A stretch of 37,242 nt of DNA from a virus (lineage: Duplodnaviria > Caudoviricetes): the IMG/VR virus record IMGVR_UViG_3300025502_000066, positions 1-37,242 of that record; one strand, written 5' to 3'. Below are positions 1-9,088 of this stretch, piece after piece. Made by a program: the position numbers and the translations under genes. A model generated the notes under the pieces. It made no database searches. It worked only from the letters and a program-made list of their open reading frames with translations, and was not told the DNA's origin. Every line of letters starts with the position of its first letter. Within the stretch, counting starts at the first letter, position 1.

Positions 1-228
1 TTCTCTTGCCGTCAGTATCGACTCGACTGCTTTTCTGAGCCCGCAGGTGCATTTTTCCCAATAGGAGCGGGCCAACTTTTCGGTCCAAGGTGTCCACGAC
101 TCCGATTCCCAGTCGTAGACTCCACGCTTATCGCCTTCAAACGAACCAAAACAATCCGGACTGTCGGACCAGGGATAGGTTTTGTGATGGAACTCGTGCA
201 TCAAATATATCTCGTTAGCCCTAATCAT
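1..228 (-). CDS. hypothetical protein (3' end outside window)
   Basis: ATG at 228 overlaps the upstream gene's TGA (ATGA). The frame MIRANEIYLMHEF... stays open to the window edge. Not in the ORF track. Confidence 0.6.
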   Translation of the reverse strand, partial: MIRANEIYLMHEFHHKTYPWSDSPDCFGSFEGDKRGVYDWESESWTPWTEKLARSYWEKCTCGLRKAVESILTARE

Positions 229-794
229 TCCGTCCGCCCTCTCAGGTCTTTAGCTTTCAGTTTTGCCATGCGCCCATCAGGGTGATGCCACACAATGCCT
301 TCGGCTCCCAAAATGTCGGCCATCCAGAAAACGTGGTCTTTGATAGAGGGAATATCGTAAGACGAAAGTGGCCAAATACTGGCGTGAGCGTGTGGAATTA
401 AATCGTGAGCATATACGTTTTCGGGGTTGCCGTTGATTTTCGGCCCAATAAGCTCATACGTCCCTGGGGGCATATAAAGAGGCACCCAATTAACCAGAGC
501 CTCATCGTGAAACTTTGCAAACGGGCTCTGCTCTATCGGCTCCCAGCCCTGAGTCTTGCCCGTCACCTCATCGAAGTTGTCAATCACATAATTCTCCGGC
601 GGATTCTTGCCAGGCTTGACTTCACGCCTTGCCCACCACTTCCCGTTGTTGCCCAGCATCGTGCAGGTGCCGTCATACTTTCGGGTAGCCACTCCTTCGC
701 CAGCCAGCACCCACTCGCAGCCCTCGTTCACTTCGTCAGTCACGTTCGCCCGGTTCTCAGGGTCACGCACGAACAGCGTTGGTATCTTTCTCAT
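225..794 (-). CDS. ATP-dependent RNA ligase-like nucleotidyltransferase (DUF5565 / C12orf29-RLIG1-like)
   Basis: Covalent nucleotidyltransferase motifs: I ATRKYDGTC, III GTYELIG, IV EGIVW, V MAKLK. N-terminal MRKIPTLF. No OB-fold C-terminal domain. Confidence 0.75.
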   Translation of the reverse strand: MRKIPTLFVRDPENRANVTDEVNEGCEWVLAGEGVATRKYDGTCTMLGNNGKWWARREVKPGKNPPENYVIDNFDEVTGKTQGWEPIEQSPFAKFHDEALVNWVPLYMPPGTYELIGPKINGNPENVYAHDLIPHAHASIWPLSSYDIPSIKDHVFWMADILGAEGIVWHHPDGRMAKLKAKDLRGRTE

Positions 795-1093
795 TTCCCA
801 TACCCTCCTGTTAGCGCTACTTCAATGTCAGCTTTCAGCCAGTTGTACACGGTCGCGAGCGATACCCCTAACCACTCCGCCACTTGTTTCGCCGGCATAC
901 CCTGGCCACGCAGCCCTCGTGCGAGCTCCTTGTACCGCACCTGCACGGACTGGAACGTCCGCTCCTTGCTTTCGTACTCTTCACGTCGCTTCTCCACTGC
1001 GAGCCTATTGTAGGCTGCCTGGCGCTTGTCCTCGCGAGTGTCGGTCCATTTTCGAATGTTTTCTTCGGTGATTTCTTCTATCGCAATCATCAC
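791..1093 (-). CDS. helix-turn-helix DNA-binding protein
   Basis: C-terminal HTH GMPAKQVAEWLGVSLATVYNWL. Confidence 0.8.
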   Translation of the reverse strand: MMIAIEEITEENIRKWTDTREDKRQAAYNRLAVEKRREEYESKERTFQSVQVRYKELARGLRGQGMPAKQVAEWLGVSLATVYNWLKADIEVALTGGYGK

Positions 1094-1278
1094 TTCCCCC
1101 GCTTTCGTGCTGCAACATCTATGTAGTCGGCAAGCAAACGGTAGTTTCGCGCAATCTCGCGCAAGTCGTGACCTTCACTCAAGCAGGTTTCTATAATCAA
1201 ATCTGCTTCGTCACTGAGAATGACGGTTTTCATTTCGTATGACTCGCCGGGAGCTAGCCCGTTAGCGATTGTACTCAT
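1090..1278 (-). CDS. hypothetical protein
   Basis: Start moved to ATG 1278 (ATGA overlap, GGAGGAG RBS). Confidence 0.6.
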   Translation of the reverse strand: MSTIANGLAPGESYEMKTVILSDEADLIIETCLSEGHDLREIARNYRLLADYIDVAARKRGK

Positions 1279-1529
1279 CGCTCCTCCCTTTCTTTTCTTT
1301 CCCTCACCTTGATTGCAATGTACGCATCTACCGCCTCGATAAGCCTCCACTCGGTACGGTCCAATGTGTCGTCAAGGTCTTTAGTGTGACTCCACTTCAC
1401 CCCCGCTTCCGCGATTGCCTTCAAGGACGCAAGTTCCTCGCCATAGACAACGGGGTTTTGCTCGGGCAGGGGCTCTGGCGCCCGCGACTCTTCCTCTATC
1501 TTTAGGGCGCTACCCATCCAGCTATTCAC
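1275..1529 (-). CDS. hypothetical protein
   Basis: 4-bp overlaps with both neighbours. Confidence 0.6.
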   Translation of the reverse strand: MNSWMGSALKIEEESRAPEPLPEQNPVVYGEELASLKAIAEAGVKWSHTKDLDDTLDRTEWRLIEAVDAYIAIKVRERKEREER

Positions 1530-1909
1530 TTCTCCCCCTTGCTCACCACGAGGTCTACAGAATGGCAGTAGTACCCGCTTGTGTGGTCCCCGTCGATGTT
1601 CACTTGGGCTATCAGCTTGTGTGCCGAGAGAATGTGAATGGACCAGCTTTCGTTGCCTTCGTTCGGGTAGTCCCTGCCATTTTCGGGTCGAACTTCCTTA
1701 ACCGCAGTAATGACGTTATCTTCAAAATCAAACGCCTCGAAGTCGCCCTTGAACCAGGCGCAACAATCGTATGTATCTTCGATAAGAAGTTCCGTACCGT
1801 CGGCAAGCTTTACGGTTTTCTGGTCTATTGAGACTATAGTTTGCCCTAACAAATAGGGTTCCATGTCTTCTGATTCCATGCCGTAAATTATTGTAGATTT
1901 GTCGTTCAT
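1526..1909 (-). CDS. hypothetical protein (acidic, DCC motif)
   Basis: RBS GAGGGGGAG; fits the gene chain. Confidence 0.7.
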   Translation of the reverse strand: MNDKSTIIYGMESEDMEPYLLGQTIVSIDQKTVKLADGTELLIEDTYDCCAWFKGDFEAFDFEDNVITAVKEVRPENGRDYPNEGNESWSIHILSAHKLIAQVNIDGDHTSGYYCHSVDLVVSKGEK

Positions 1910-1911
1910 TG

Positions 1912-2106
1912 CTACTCCCCCTCATCGTCATCATATGTTGTAGACATAATGTTGCTTGCCGCTTCATGCAACTCCCACTCCAACGCATCATCTAACGTGG
2001 TCAACAACTGGCGTGCCCTCATCCACATCACTGCGGCCTCTAGGCAACGCTCAATGTCCCTCTGGTCTGCGTTGCTATCAACAGTGCTGTCCTGTGCCCC
2101 GCTCAT
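1912..2106 (-). CDS. hypothetical protein
   Basis: ATGA overlap with the upstream gene. Confidence 0.6.
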   Translation of the reverse strand: MSGAQDSTVDSNADQRDIERCLEAAVMWMRARQLLTTLDDALEWELHEAASNIMSTTYDDDEGE

Positions 2107-2300
2107 GCGTCAGCGTCCTCTTGCGGGTCCTCGGGAGTCGAGTACCACACTGCCTTCCTGATTGCCACCGAAGTTTTCTTTTCGGAGGCGCGCCATCCCG
2201 CAGCGAACGTGTCGTAGTCGCTATGCAAATACCTTGTAGCCGGGTCCATCATTTTGTTGGCTTGGTACTCAGCCCAATTTTCCCTGATTCTGTCGCTCAT
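2103..2300 (-). CDS. hypothetical protein
   Basis: Purine-rich leader, with an upstream TGC-TACGAT extended -10 near 2330. Confidence 0.6.
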   Translation of the reverse strand: MSDRIRENWAEYQANKMMDPATRYLHSDYDTFAAGWRASEKKTSVAIRKAVWYSTPEDPQEDADA

Positions 2301-2376
2301 TGAGTCCCACTCTCTCTTGTCGGAAACATCGTAGCAGAAATTCTACGTGTTAGAAAGAGCGTTACGGAATTGTTAC

Positions 2377-2901
2377 CTAAAAGCTAAAGTATGCGCCAAG
2401 CGTGGGTAGGTGCTTCATACGCATCATCCGTGCAAACAAGTGAAGCAAAGCATCGTTGGCGTCTCTGCCATCACGGTGCCCCATGTGCTTGCCGGTGCGC
2501 CAGAGGTCATTTCTCTTGAGGAAGGGGTCGCCAATCATGGACTTGTCCGACGGGTTCTGCCAGTGAACGACAGAGCCAAAGCGGTCCATAACCACACCCT
2601 CAATACGCATGGGCTCCAGGTTGGGGGAGAAGTTTCCCCCGCCCCGAAGCGAAAACGTTTCGCATATCACGTCAAGGTGATACTCGAGCTCCATGAAGGA
2701 ATCGGGAAACTGGAACTTGCAGTCTGCATCCACAATGTACTTGCCATTACCGGTCATCTCGAGCCAGTCAATGAAGCCCCGAGTGCCATTAGGAACGATT
2801 GCGGTGTATATCACGTCGAGTGGTTCCGTCTCTGTGATGCGTCCAATCGCAATCCCAGTGGCTAGCCCCGGGTCAATGGCCATGTAGTAGTCGATGCTCA
2901 T
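2377..2901 (-). CDS. RuvC-like Holliday junction resolvase
   Basis: MAIDPGLATGIA N-terminal motif, central VICE, C-terminal DANDALLH. Confidence 0.75.
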   Translation of the reverse strand: MSIDYYMAIDPGLATGIAIGRITETEPLDVIYTAIVPNGTRGFIDWLEMTGNGKYIVDADCKFQFPDSFMELEYHLDVICETFSLRGGGNFSPNLEPMRIEGVVMDRFGSVVHWQNPSDKSMIGDPFLKRNDLWRTGKHMGHRDGRDANDALLHLFARMMRMKHLPTLGAYFSF

Positions 2902-2905
2902 GCGA

Positions 2906-3532
2906 TTATACTATTACACTTTTGGAAAAAATTACCCTAGAAGCCATCTTCGATGCAGAAATAATTGCGATGGGCGCCGCGATAGAAAGAACAAAGCCAG
3001 CCCACGCACGAGGGTCGGCGAAGTCCCACTGCCAGAAGTCGAGAGTGTGGAACCCGTTGGCGAGTACGGCGATGGACGCAAAGAACAGCATCCCGGTGAG
3101 TGCGCCCCGGCTACTCTCGTCGTCGCGTGACTCCAGCAGCAGGTATGCGACAAGGAACAGTAGGTACATGAGCTCAATGAAGAAGAAGAACAGGTATGCC
3201 ATCCAAGGGTGGGATAGCCCTACGAATGCCGCCACCGCAGTTATGCCATTGAAGGACACGATGGCGGACGACACGAAAGCAACGAACACGCCGATAAGCC
3301 ACGCCCGGAGGGTGAGTATTTGGTCGGCCTGAATCTTCGGGGCCCGCTTGTCCTCTTGCGACTCGTACCGTGCGATACGGGTTTCCCTTCTGATACGACC
3401 TATGCGTTCTTCGTCTGTTTCAAAGAAGTTTTTTTCTTCGTGGGCGACAACTATTTCTTCTGACACTTCAACAACCTTTTCTATGTTTTGGTCTCTTGAT
3501 AGACACACCGGGCAGGCGCATCTGGCTTTCAC
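2906..3532 (-). CDS. membrane protein (about 4 TM helices, DUF2637-like)
   Basis: GTG 3532 in a GTGA overlap; four hydrophobic segments in the C-terminal half. Confidence 0.65.
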   Translation of the reverse strand: MKARCACPVCLSRDQNIEKVVEVSEEIVVAHEEKNFFETDEERIGRIRRETRIARYESQEDKRAPKIQADQILTLRAWLIGVFVAFVSSAIVSFNGITAVAAFVGLSHPWMAYLFFFFIELMYLLFLVAYLLLESRDDESSRGALTGMLFFASIAVLANGFHTLDFWQWDFADPRAWAGFVLSIAAPIAIISASKMASRVIFSKSVIV

Positions 3533-3849
3533 AATTCCCTCGTTCTGGCACCGAAGATTTCTCTTAGCACCTTGATGATGGTGACACCACGTTTGTCTTC
3601 GCGGAGCCCTAGTGCCCACGCGAGAGCGTTCGTGAGTGATTCGACGTTGGGTTCTGGTACGAATGCGTACTCACATAACCATGTTGGTTTCTCGCGTAGG
3701 GCAATAACACGCCCGGGTGAGCCGTTGACGGCCCGTACAGGCGTTATGAGTAAATCCGTGCCCAGTTTAACCTTTGCTTGTTTGAGTAGCTCTAGGTCGT
3801 CACCGTTGGGCTTGCCGGGGTACACGGGGAGGGGCATGATGCTTGCCAT
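3529..3849 (-). CDS. hypothetical protein
   Basis: ATG 3849 in a TGATG overlap. Confidence 0.6.
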   Translation of the reverse strand: MASIMPLPVYPGKPNGDDLELLKQAKVKLGTDLLITPVRAVNGSPGRVIALREKPTWLCEYAFVPEPNVESLTNALAWALGLREDKRGVTIIKVLREIFGARTREL

Positions 3850-4208
3850 CAGGCGTTCACGTCTTTGACGCTTACCAAACAACGACCGTATATCACACGA
3901 CTCTCGGATGGGCCCAGCATTCTTTCCGCCTCTGCCCAGGCTTCCTTTTGTGTGGTGCCGATGACAGTAATTGGTTTCGATTCGCCAATCTTTCGACGCG
4001 GACTGAAGGTATCATCCCACAGTTGCAATCCAAACTTGAACACATACTGTGGCATCGCGGAGTTAGCGGACTCAATATGCTTTTGGACAATCTCTAGCAA
4101 CTTATCAGTCACCACGTTATCCCACTCCCAATGAGTTAACAGTGGCCTATCAGCATGAACCGTGTCGAACAATTCTTCTCTTAGTTCCATTAGTTCTTGA
4201 CTGAACAT
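3849..4208 (-). CDS. hypothetical protein
   Basis: AAGGGA RBS; fits the gene chain. Confidence 0.6.
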   Translation of the reverse strand: MFSQELMELREELFDTVHADRPLLTHWEWDNVVTDKLLEIVQKHIESANSAMPQYVFKFGLQLWDDTFSPRRKIGESKPITVIGTTQKEAWAEAERMLGPSESRVIYGRCLVSVKDVNA

Positions 4209-4252
4209 AATCTGCTATCCCTTCTTGTTATAAACATAATTAGTCATCCTCA

Positions 4253-5461
4253 CTAAAAAAGTGTTTCATCATCAGCCTCCTGCTCGTAAGCCCATCGTAG
4301 CCTTCCCTCAATAATCGGCAAATACTCCTCCGTAAGCTCAGCCCCCACAAACTTGTACCCGTCGAGTAGTGCAGCCTTACCTGTAGACCCTGAACCTGTG
4401 AACGGGTCTAGGACTGTCCCCCCTGGAGGTGTTACTAGTTTTATCAGGTAACGCATTAGGGTAGTTGGTTTCACGGTGGGATGGGTGTTTTTGCCTGGCT
4501 GGTTTGGTATTTCTGGGTGAGCGCCAATTTTATTGCCTGGAACTTCAAAGTTCCCGAAGAAAGACCCAACAACATTGTCCGGTAGGTCACCAAGTCCTTC
4601 GTTACGGTCACGCTTACTAGCCTTCGCACAATAAAAGAATCTTGAAGCACCGCCAGAATCCCCATAATGGTTTAGCTCGCTGTTCTGCCCACCGCCAAAA
4701 GAACCGCCTGCGCCGTCTTTGCTTCTCCCAGCGCCGCCAACTTTGCTCACCCCACTCTGCTCGTCCAGTAGCCCCGCACTGTACTCGTCAAGAATCACAT
4801 TCGCAGGCCAACGACCTAACGCATTAGGCGGGTTAGCGTTCTCCCCACCGTAGCCATCTCCCATAGCGAACCCGTGTGCGTGCCCCATTCCGCTTCTCGG
4901 CTTACCCGTAGCGCTAACAAATTCAGACATGTCAGCCGCCACCCTGCTCGCGTCAATGTTCAGCCCGCCCACACCATGCTCAAGAACATTCGCCGCCACA
5001 GTCCCCACCAACGGTTTACGCCCCATGACGATAGGCTCCACCACCTGCTTAAGTCCAGTACCCCAACCTTCCCAAGCCGAACCATCCACGCCGGTTTTGT
5101 CAATCGCCTTCCGCACGTTTAGCGACTTTGGGAACGTCTTGCTACTAATCCACGCGATACTGTCCCGAATCTCAAACCCAGCATCCTCAATAGCCACCGC
5201 CATACGGTGAAAAGTCCGTGACCCCCCAAACGCCAGGACATGCCCGCCCGGTTTCAACACCCGCAAACACTCAGCCCAGACCGTCACATCATAAGCAATC
5301 CCCGTAGAATCCCACTTCTTCCCCATAAAGCCAAGCTCATAAGGTGGGTCAGTCACCACACTATCAACCGAGCAATCCGCGAGAGTTTTCAGCACGTCAC
5401 GACAATCCCCAAACATTACGCGGGCATCGCCCACAACAATCTCAGTCACAATTTCCCTCAT
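4253..5461 (-). CDS. amino DNA methyltransferase, beta class (probably N6-adenine)
   Basis: Catalytic DPPY precedes HPTVKP and the SAM-binding VLDPFTGSGSTG. ATG 5461 in an ATGA overlap. Confidence 0.9.
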   Translation of the reverse strand: MREIVTEIVVGDARVMFGDCRDVLKTLADCSVDSVVTDPPYELGFMGKKWDSTGIAYDVTVWAECLRVLKPGGHVLAFGGSRTFHRMAVAIEDAGFEIRDSIAWISSKTFPKSLNVRKAIDKTGVDGSAWEGWGTGLKQVVEPIVMGRKPLVGTVAANVLEHGVGGLNIDASRVAADMSEFVSATGKPRSGMGHAHGFAMGDGYGGENANPPNALGRWPANVILDEYSAGLLDEQSGVSKVGGAGRSKDGAGGSFGGGQNSELNHYGDSGGASRFFYCAKASKRDRNEGLGDLPDNVVGSFFGNFEVPGNKIGAHPEIPNQPGKNTHPTVKPTTLMRYLIKLVTPPGGTVLDPFTGSGSTGKAALLDGYKFVGAELTEEYLPIIEGRLRWAYEQEADDETLF

Positions 5462-7689
5462 CCCTTCTTGTTCGTGACAAGCCACTTGCCAGTCGGGTCG
5501 GATACTTCCTTAAGTCTACCTTGCGACGCCAGCGCACCCACCGCTTCCTGCAAGTCACGCACCCGCCACGCCTTGAACCTACGGTTCACAATCTCAAGCT
5601 TCACCTTGTCATCCTTTGCGTGAACAAAAGCTTCCACCTCGTCGCAAGCCCGCTCAAAATCACTCGCATTGATTTGTCGAGCCACAATAAGCAGGTTACG
5701 CACCCACTCCTCGGCAGCCTCAATAGCTTTGATAACATCAATGACCTCAGTTTCCTGGCGCCCATCAGACACGGCAAGCAACGTGGCGCACTTGCGAATA
5801 GTGACACCCATACGCACCAGAGACGGGTTGATAATGTCCCAGTTAGGGTCAGAACGCTTCACCAGGTTGACCAAGTCCCACTTCACGTCGCTCATACGCT
5901 TAGCGCCGGCCTTCGTGATGCCCACAGACACTCGGCTCGAGCCACCAGAGCTACGTAGCTGTCGCTTTATCTCAGCGAACTCCGCTGCCCACTGTCGGGC
6001 CATAGGGTCGAACCCTAACTTGACCTCACTGCCGTCAGCGTCCTCCTCGAGCACAGCTTCCCTACTCAGGGTGCGGGGCTCACCCACGGTCCACATGAAT
6101 CGTGCCAGGAACCCAGACTTGAACATCTCACGGCTCAGCGACCTCGCTATTTCCTCTTGCGTGCCCATAAGGTGCATCACGAATTGGGTCTTAGCTTGCT
6201 TGGCCATATCTTTCTTGCCGACCCGCAGCATAGGTGGCACGGTGCCGTCATAGAGTAGCGCCAGGTCCTCCATCATCCCGGTCGTCCAATCCTGAGTGGC
6301 CCACTGCTTGAACAACCCGTGCGCCTCATCCTTACTGAACATGGACACTTTGCCGTCACGCTCAATGAGCTTCTCACCGAGAGCGTTGGGGCTCGCGTTG
6401 CCACCAATGTTGTAGCCAGAGTCCTCGGCGAACGATTCGTCCATCACGTTACGCATCAGCTTGAGCGATTGAGACTTACCGGTCGTGGTCTCACCCAACG
6501 TAATCGTGTACAGGTTGAGACCCTCGGGCCCAGTCTTGCGGGGGATGAACGCCATGTCCGAGAACACGCACGAAAGTATTGTCCACCCGTTGATACGGTC
6601 GTAGGGAGGATTCTGCTTCGCGTGTTTGCGTCGAGTCCAATCCATGTACGTGTCTATCCATGTCTGGTGGCCACGTAAAGTTTCGCGCTCATCGCCCTTG
6701 AGTAGGTCAATGTGTCCCTCAGTGGTCTCGAGCTCTGGTGGCTCGAGCCCCTCGCCCATCTCCCACATAATTTCGGCGTAAGCTTTGTTGGCTTCGGCAA
6801 TGAGCCCACTCATTCCACGCGGGTCATCTTCGCTCCACTTGCGAGAAGCGGGAGCCTTCCACGCAATAGCCAGAACCTCTTCGTGCGTCAGCACGCTGCC
6901 CAATCGGAACAGGTCGCACAGTAACTTGTAGCGAGCCTCGGAACGGTTGCCGTCCACCCCCACCTTGGGCTTGGCTAGCGCCAGGTCGAGAACCTTCTGC
7001 GGTAGCTTAGCTAGGGCCTCAGCGTAGTCAGCGGACACGTCCTCAGCTATGTCTAGCGCATCCTCGCGCCCCATAATCGGTCGGTCGATGATGACAACAT
7101 CGTCATATGTGCCCTCAATGTCGAGAGCGTTATACATGAGACCGTTGTACTCCACCACAACGGACTCAGGGAATCCGTGGCTCGTGTTCACCGTGTCAGG
7201 TATGCGAAGAACTTTGTTAGCCGACCACCCGCTCGGGTCGCAACCGTCATCCTTGTGTGCGGTCGTAATCTTGTGTGCTATCTCAGCGGCGTGCTTGGCC
7301 TCAATGGGCTCATCCAGTAGCCAGTAGTCGTGGCCTCGACCGCGACTGGTAACAACGTGGACAGAGGGCTCCAGCCTAAACTTGTCGGGAGTACACAGGT
7401 CGGAGTCCATGTAGATTGTTTGCGAGCTTATGGCGTTCTCTGGCGTGCGAGATATGTTGCCACGGTCGTTCGTCTTGTCACCGTACAGCAGCGGAGACAG
7501 GTACACGTCTTCGTTCTCATACTGCTTGGCGTAGTCCGCCATTTTATCTAGCTCTGCCGGGTACTTAAACACTACGTGAATGTTGACGTTGAGTTTGCCC
7601 TTAGCGGTCTTGCCACTAGCCCTGCTAACAAAGGCATTTCCAGAGGCGGTGCCCAGAATTGTTTCGATAAATTGTTTCACTAAGTACAC
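5458..7689 (-). CDS. DNA primase-helicase fusion (RepB-like primase N-term, P-loop/DUF3987-like C-term)
   Basis: DxD (YMDSD), TSRGRGHDYW and VLRIPDTVN primase motifs. Walker A GETTTGKS, Walker B FSKDE, arginine finger SGFLARF. Confidence 0.8.
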   Translation of the reverse strand: MYLVKQFIETILGTASGNAFVSRASGKTAKGKLNVNIHVVFKYPAELDKMADYAKQYENEDVYLSPLLYGDKTNDRGNISRTPENAISSQTIYMDSDLCTPDKFRLEPSVHVVTSRGRGHDYWLLDEPIEAKHAAEIAHKITTAHKDDGCDPSGWSANKVLRIPDTVNTSHGFPESVVVEYNGLMYNALDIEGTYDDVVIIDRPIMGREDALDIAEDVSADYAEALAKLPQKVLDLALAKPKVGVDGNRSEARYKLLCDLFRLGSVLTHEEVLAIAWKAPASRKWSEDDPRGMSGLIAEANKAYAEIMWEMGEGLEPPELETTEGHIDLLKGDERETLRGHQTWIDTYMDWTRRKHAKQNPPYDRINGWTILSCVFSDMAFIPRKTGPEGLNLYTITLGETTTGKSQSLKLMRNVMDESFAEDSGYNIGGNASPNALGEKLIERDGKVSMFSKDEAHGLFKQWATQDWTTGMMEDLALLYDGTVPPMLRVGKKDMAKQAKTQFVMHLMGTQEEIARSLSREMFKSGFLARFMWTVGEPRTLSREAVLEEDADGSEVKLGFDPMARQWAAEFAEIKRQLRSSGGSSRVSVGITKAGAKRMSDVKWDLVNLVKRSDPNWDIINPSLVRMGVTIRKCATLLAVSDGRQETEVIDVIKAIEAAEEWVRNLLIVARQINASDFERACDEVEAFVHAKDDKVKLEIVNRRFKAWRVRDLQEAVGALASQGRLKEVSDPTGKWLVTNKKG

Positions 7690-7743
7690 CTCCCTCCCCG
7701 GAGTTATTTCATTTTGAAGTAGCAGTTACTTTACTACAGTCCG

Positions 7744-7845
7744 GTGGCCACCCAGGATTCGAACCTGGCTCTTCTCGTAGAACTGCCGGTCATATGCCCG
7801 GAACACTTCTTTAGCGAGACGCTCTCCCTTTAAGCTAGTGGCCAC
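7744..7845 (-). tRNA. tRNA-like RNA with an 8-bp acceptor stem (G-1:C73, His-like) and a 37-nt expanded anticodon loop
   Basis: Minus strand reads G-TGGCCAC TA GCTT AAAGGGA GAGC G TCTCG [37 nt] CGAGA AGAG CCAGG TTCGAAT CCTGG GTGGCCA C. All four stems pair fully. No encoded CCA. Confidence 0.8.
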
Positions 7846-7856
7846 AACCTATTTGG

Positions 7857-8240
7857 TTAGAACGGCTCGTCCCCCTGGGGGGCAGAGGGAGCCGGTGGAG
7901 CTTGAACCATTTCTCTACGGTACTTTACCACGATGGAATCAACCCACTCGGTTTGGAGAGCGCGACCGTCCGTGCCGTCCTTCTTCTTGAACTCCTTCTC
8001 GACGATGGAAGCGTGAACCTCCACGAGGTCGCCGTTCTGAATGTCCGTGTCCGCAAGGTCGCGCCACAACGTCACCTTGATTTTGGTCGTGTCACCAGTC
8101 TTGATGTACTCCCCGGTGTCCTTGTTCTTCTTCTCGTGATTGATGTACACGGGAAACTCGACGAGAGTGCTGCCACCCGCCTCTTTCCTCACCGGTTCGG
8201 CAACAACCCCGCCCGTGAATACTGCATTGACTCTACTCAT
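7857..8240 (-). CDS. ssb: single-stranded DNA-binding protein
   Basis: OB-fold SSB pattern, Pro-rich linker and acidic C-terminal tip GDEPF. Confidence 0.85.
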   Translation of the reverse strand: MSRVNAVFTGGVVAEPVRKEAGGSTLVEFPVYINHEKKNKDTGEYIKTGDTTKIKVTLWRDLADTDIQNGDLVEVHASIVEKEFKKKDGTDGRALQTEWVDSIVVKYRREMVQAPPAPSAPQGDEPF

Positions 8241-9088
8241 TTGTCTCTCCTATTTCTTATGGTTTTGATTCTTAGCTGTGCCTGAGTGATGGTCAGTAGC
8301 CCCTTGTACGCCTCAAACATATCAGCATACTCGTCCTCCGGCATCACTTTCAGCTTGGCAAACGGTAACATTTCGTTACCATCTTTGTCCGTGTCACTCG
8401 GTCGGATATGAAGCAGGGCCCGCTGAGCATAAGGCTTGGTCCCAAACTCCTCCCAAACTCCTTCACTTGATTCCCACAACAAGGTTGTACATTCTGCGAG
8501 TGCGCTAATCTGCATCCAATGTTCGTCCCACGTATTGCGAGACGTCTTAAGGTCCATCATCGTCAAGACACCATCTATCATCCAGATGCCATCAGCAGTC
8601 CCGGCGTACCCATGCTCCTCGTTCCACAACGTAACCTCAGTATGGATAGGCACAATCTCATGCTCCGACTTGTACTTATCCCACTCTGCCACCATCTCCC
8701 AGAACTGAGAAGGCGCGTTACTCACGTCAGGGTAAGGCAAGTCCGCGTGTTCCGCAGCAACCCAATCATGCAGTTGCGTACCCAACTCGCCGGCGTCGTT
8801 CAGAACGCCATTCGAGTAGTTGCGAATGTCATCGAGGTCACCCTTGATGGGGTCACGCTTCCAGTACCAGCGCAAGAAGCCCCAGCCCATTTCCTTTGTG
8901 CGACTGAGTAGCCCGTCGATGTTTGCCACCGCGAAGGCGCTGGTATTATCGACCGCCCACTGAATCAAAGCAGGCTTATCCAACTTCTTAAGTACGGTGG
9001 TCACACCAGGGACTACCTGCCCCGTGTGTGGATGTTTATATCCGCTACCACCATGCCCCGAAGACCTAACCCTTAGTTTTGGTTGCAC
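8237..9088 (-). CDS. PD-(D/E)XK exonuclease (RecB/Cas4-like)
   Basis: PGVTTVL, GTQLH, E..YAGTAD..DLKTS..Q motifs. Lies next to the ERF and SSB genes. Confidence 0.85.
   Translation of the reverse strand: MQPKLRVRSSGHGGSGYKHPHTGQVVPGVTTVLKKLDKPALIQWAVDNTSAFAVANIDGLLSRTKEMGWGFLRWYWKRDPIKGDLDDIRNYSNGVLNDAGELGTQLHDWVAAEHADLPYPDVSNAPSQFWEMVAEWDKYKSEHEIVPIHTEVTLWNEEHGYAGTADGIWMIDGVLTMMDLKTSRNTWDEHWMQISALAECTTLLWESSEGVWEEFGTKPYAQRALLHIRPSDTDKDGNEMLPFAKLKVMPEDEYADMFEAYKGLLTITQAQLRIKTIRNRRDK

Noticed and set aside
7744-7845. tRNA-Sec or long-variable-arm tRNA-Leu(TAA)
   Set aside because: No TCA anticodon or 6-bp D-stem. No alternative anticodon stem pairs around TAA, and the extra sequence lies inside the anticodon arm.
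8237-9088. CRISPR-associated Cas4
   Set aside because: No Fe-S cysteine cluster. The ERF/SSB context indicates a recombination exonuclease.
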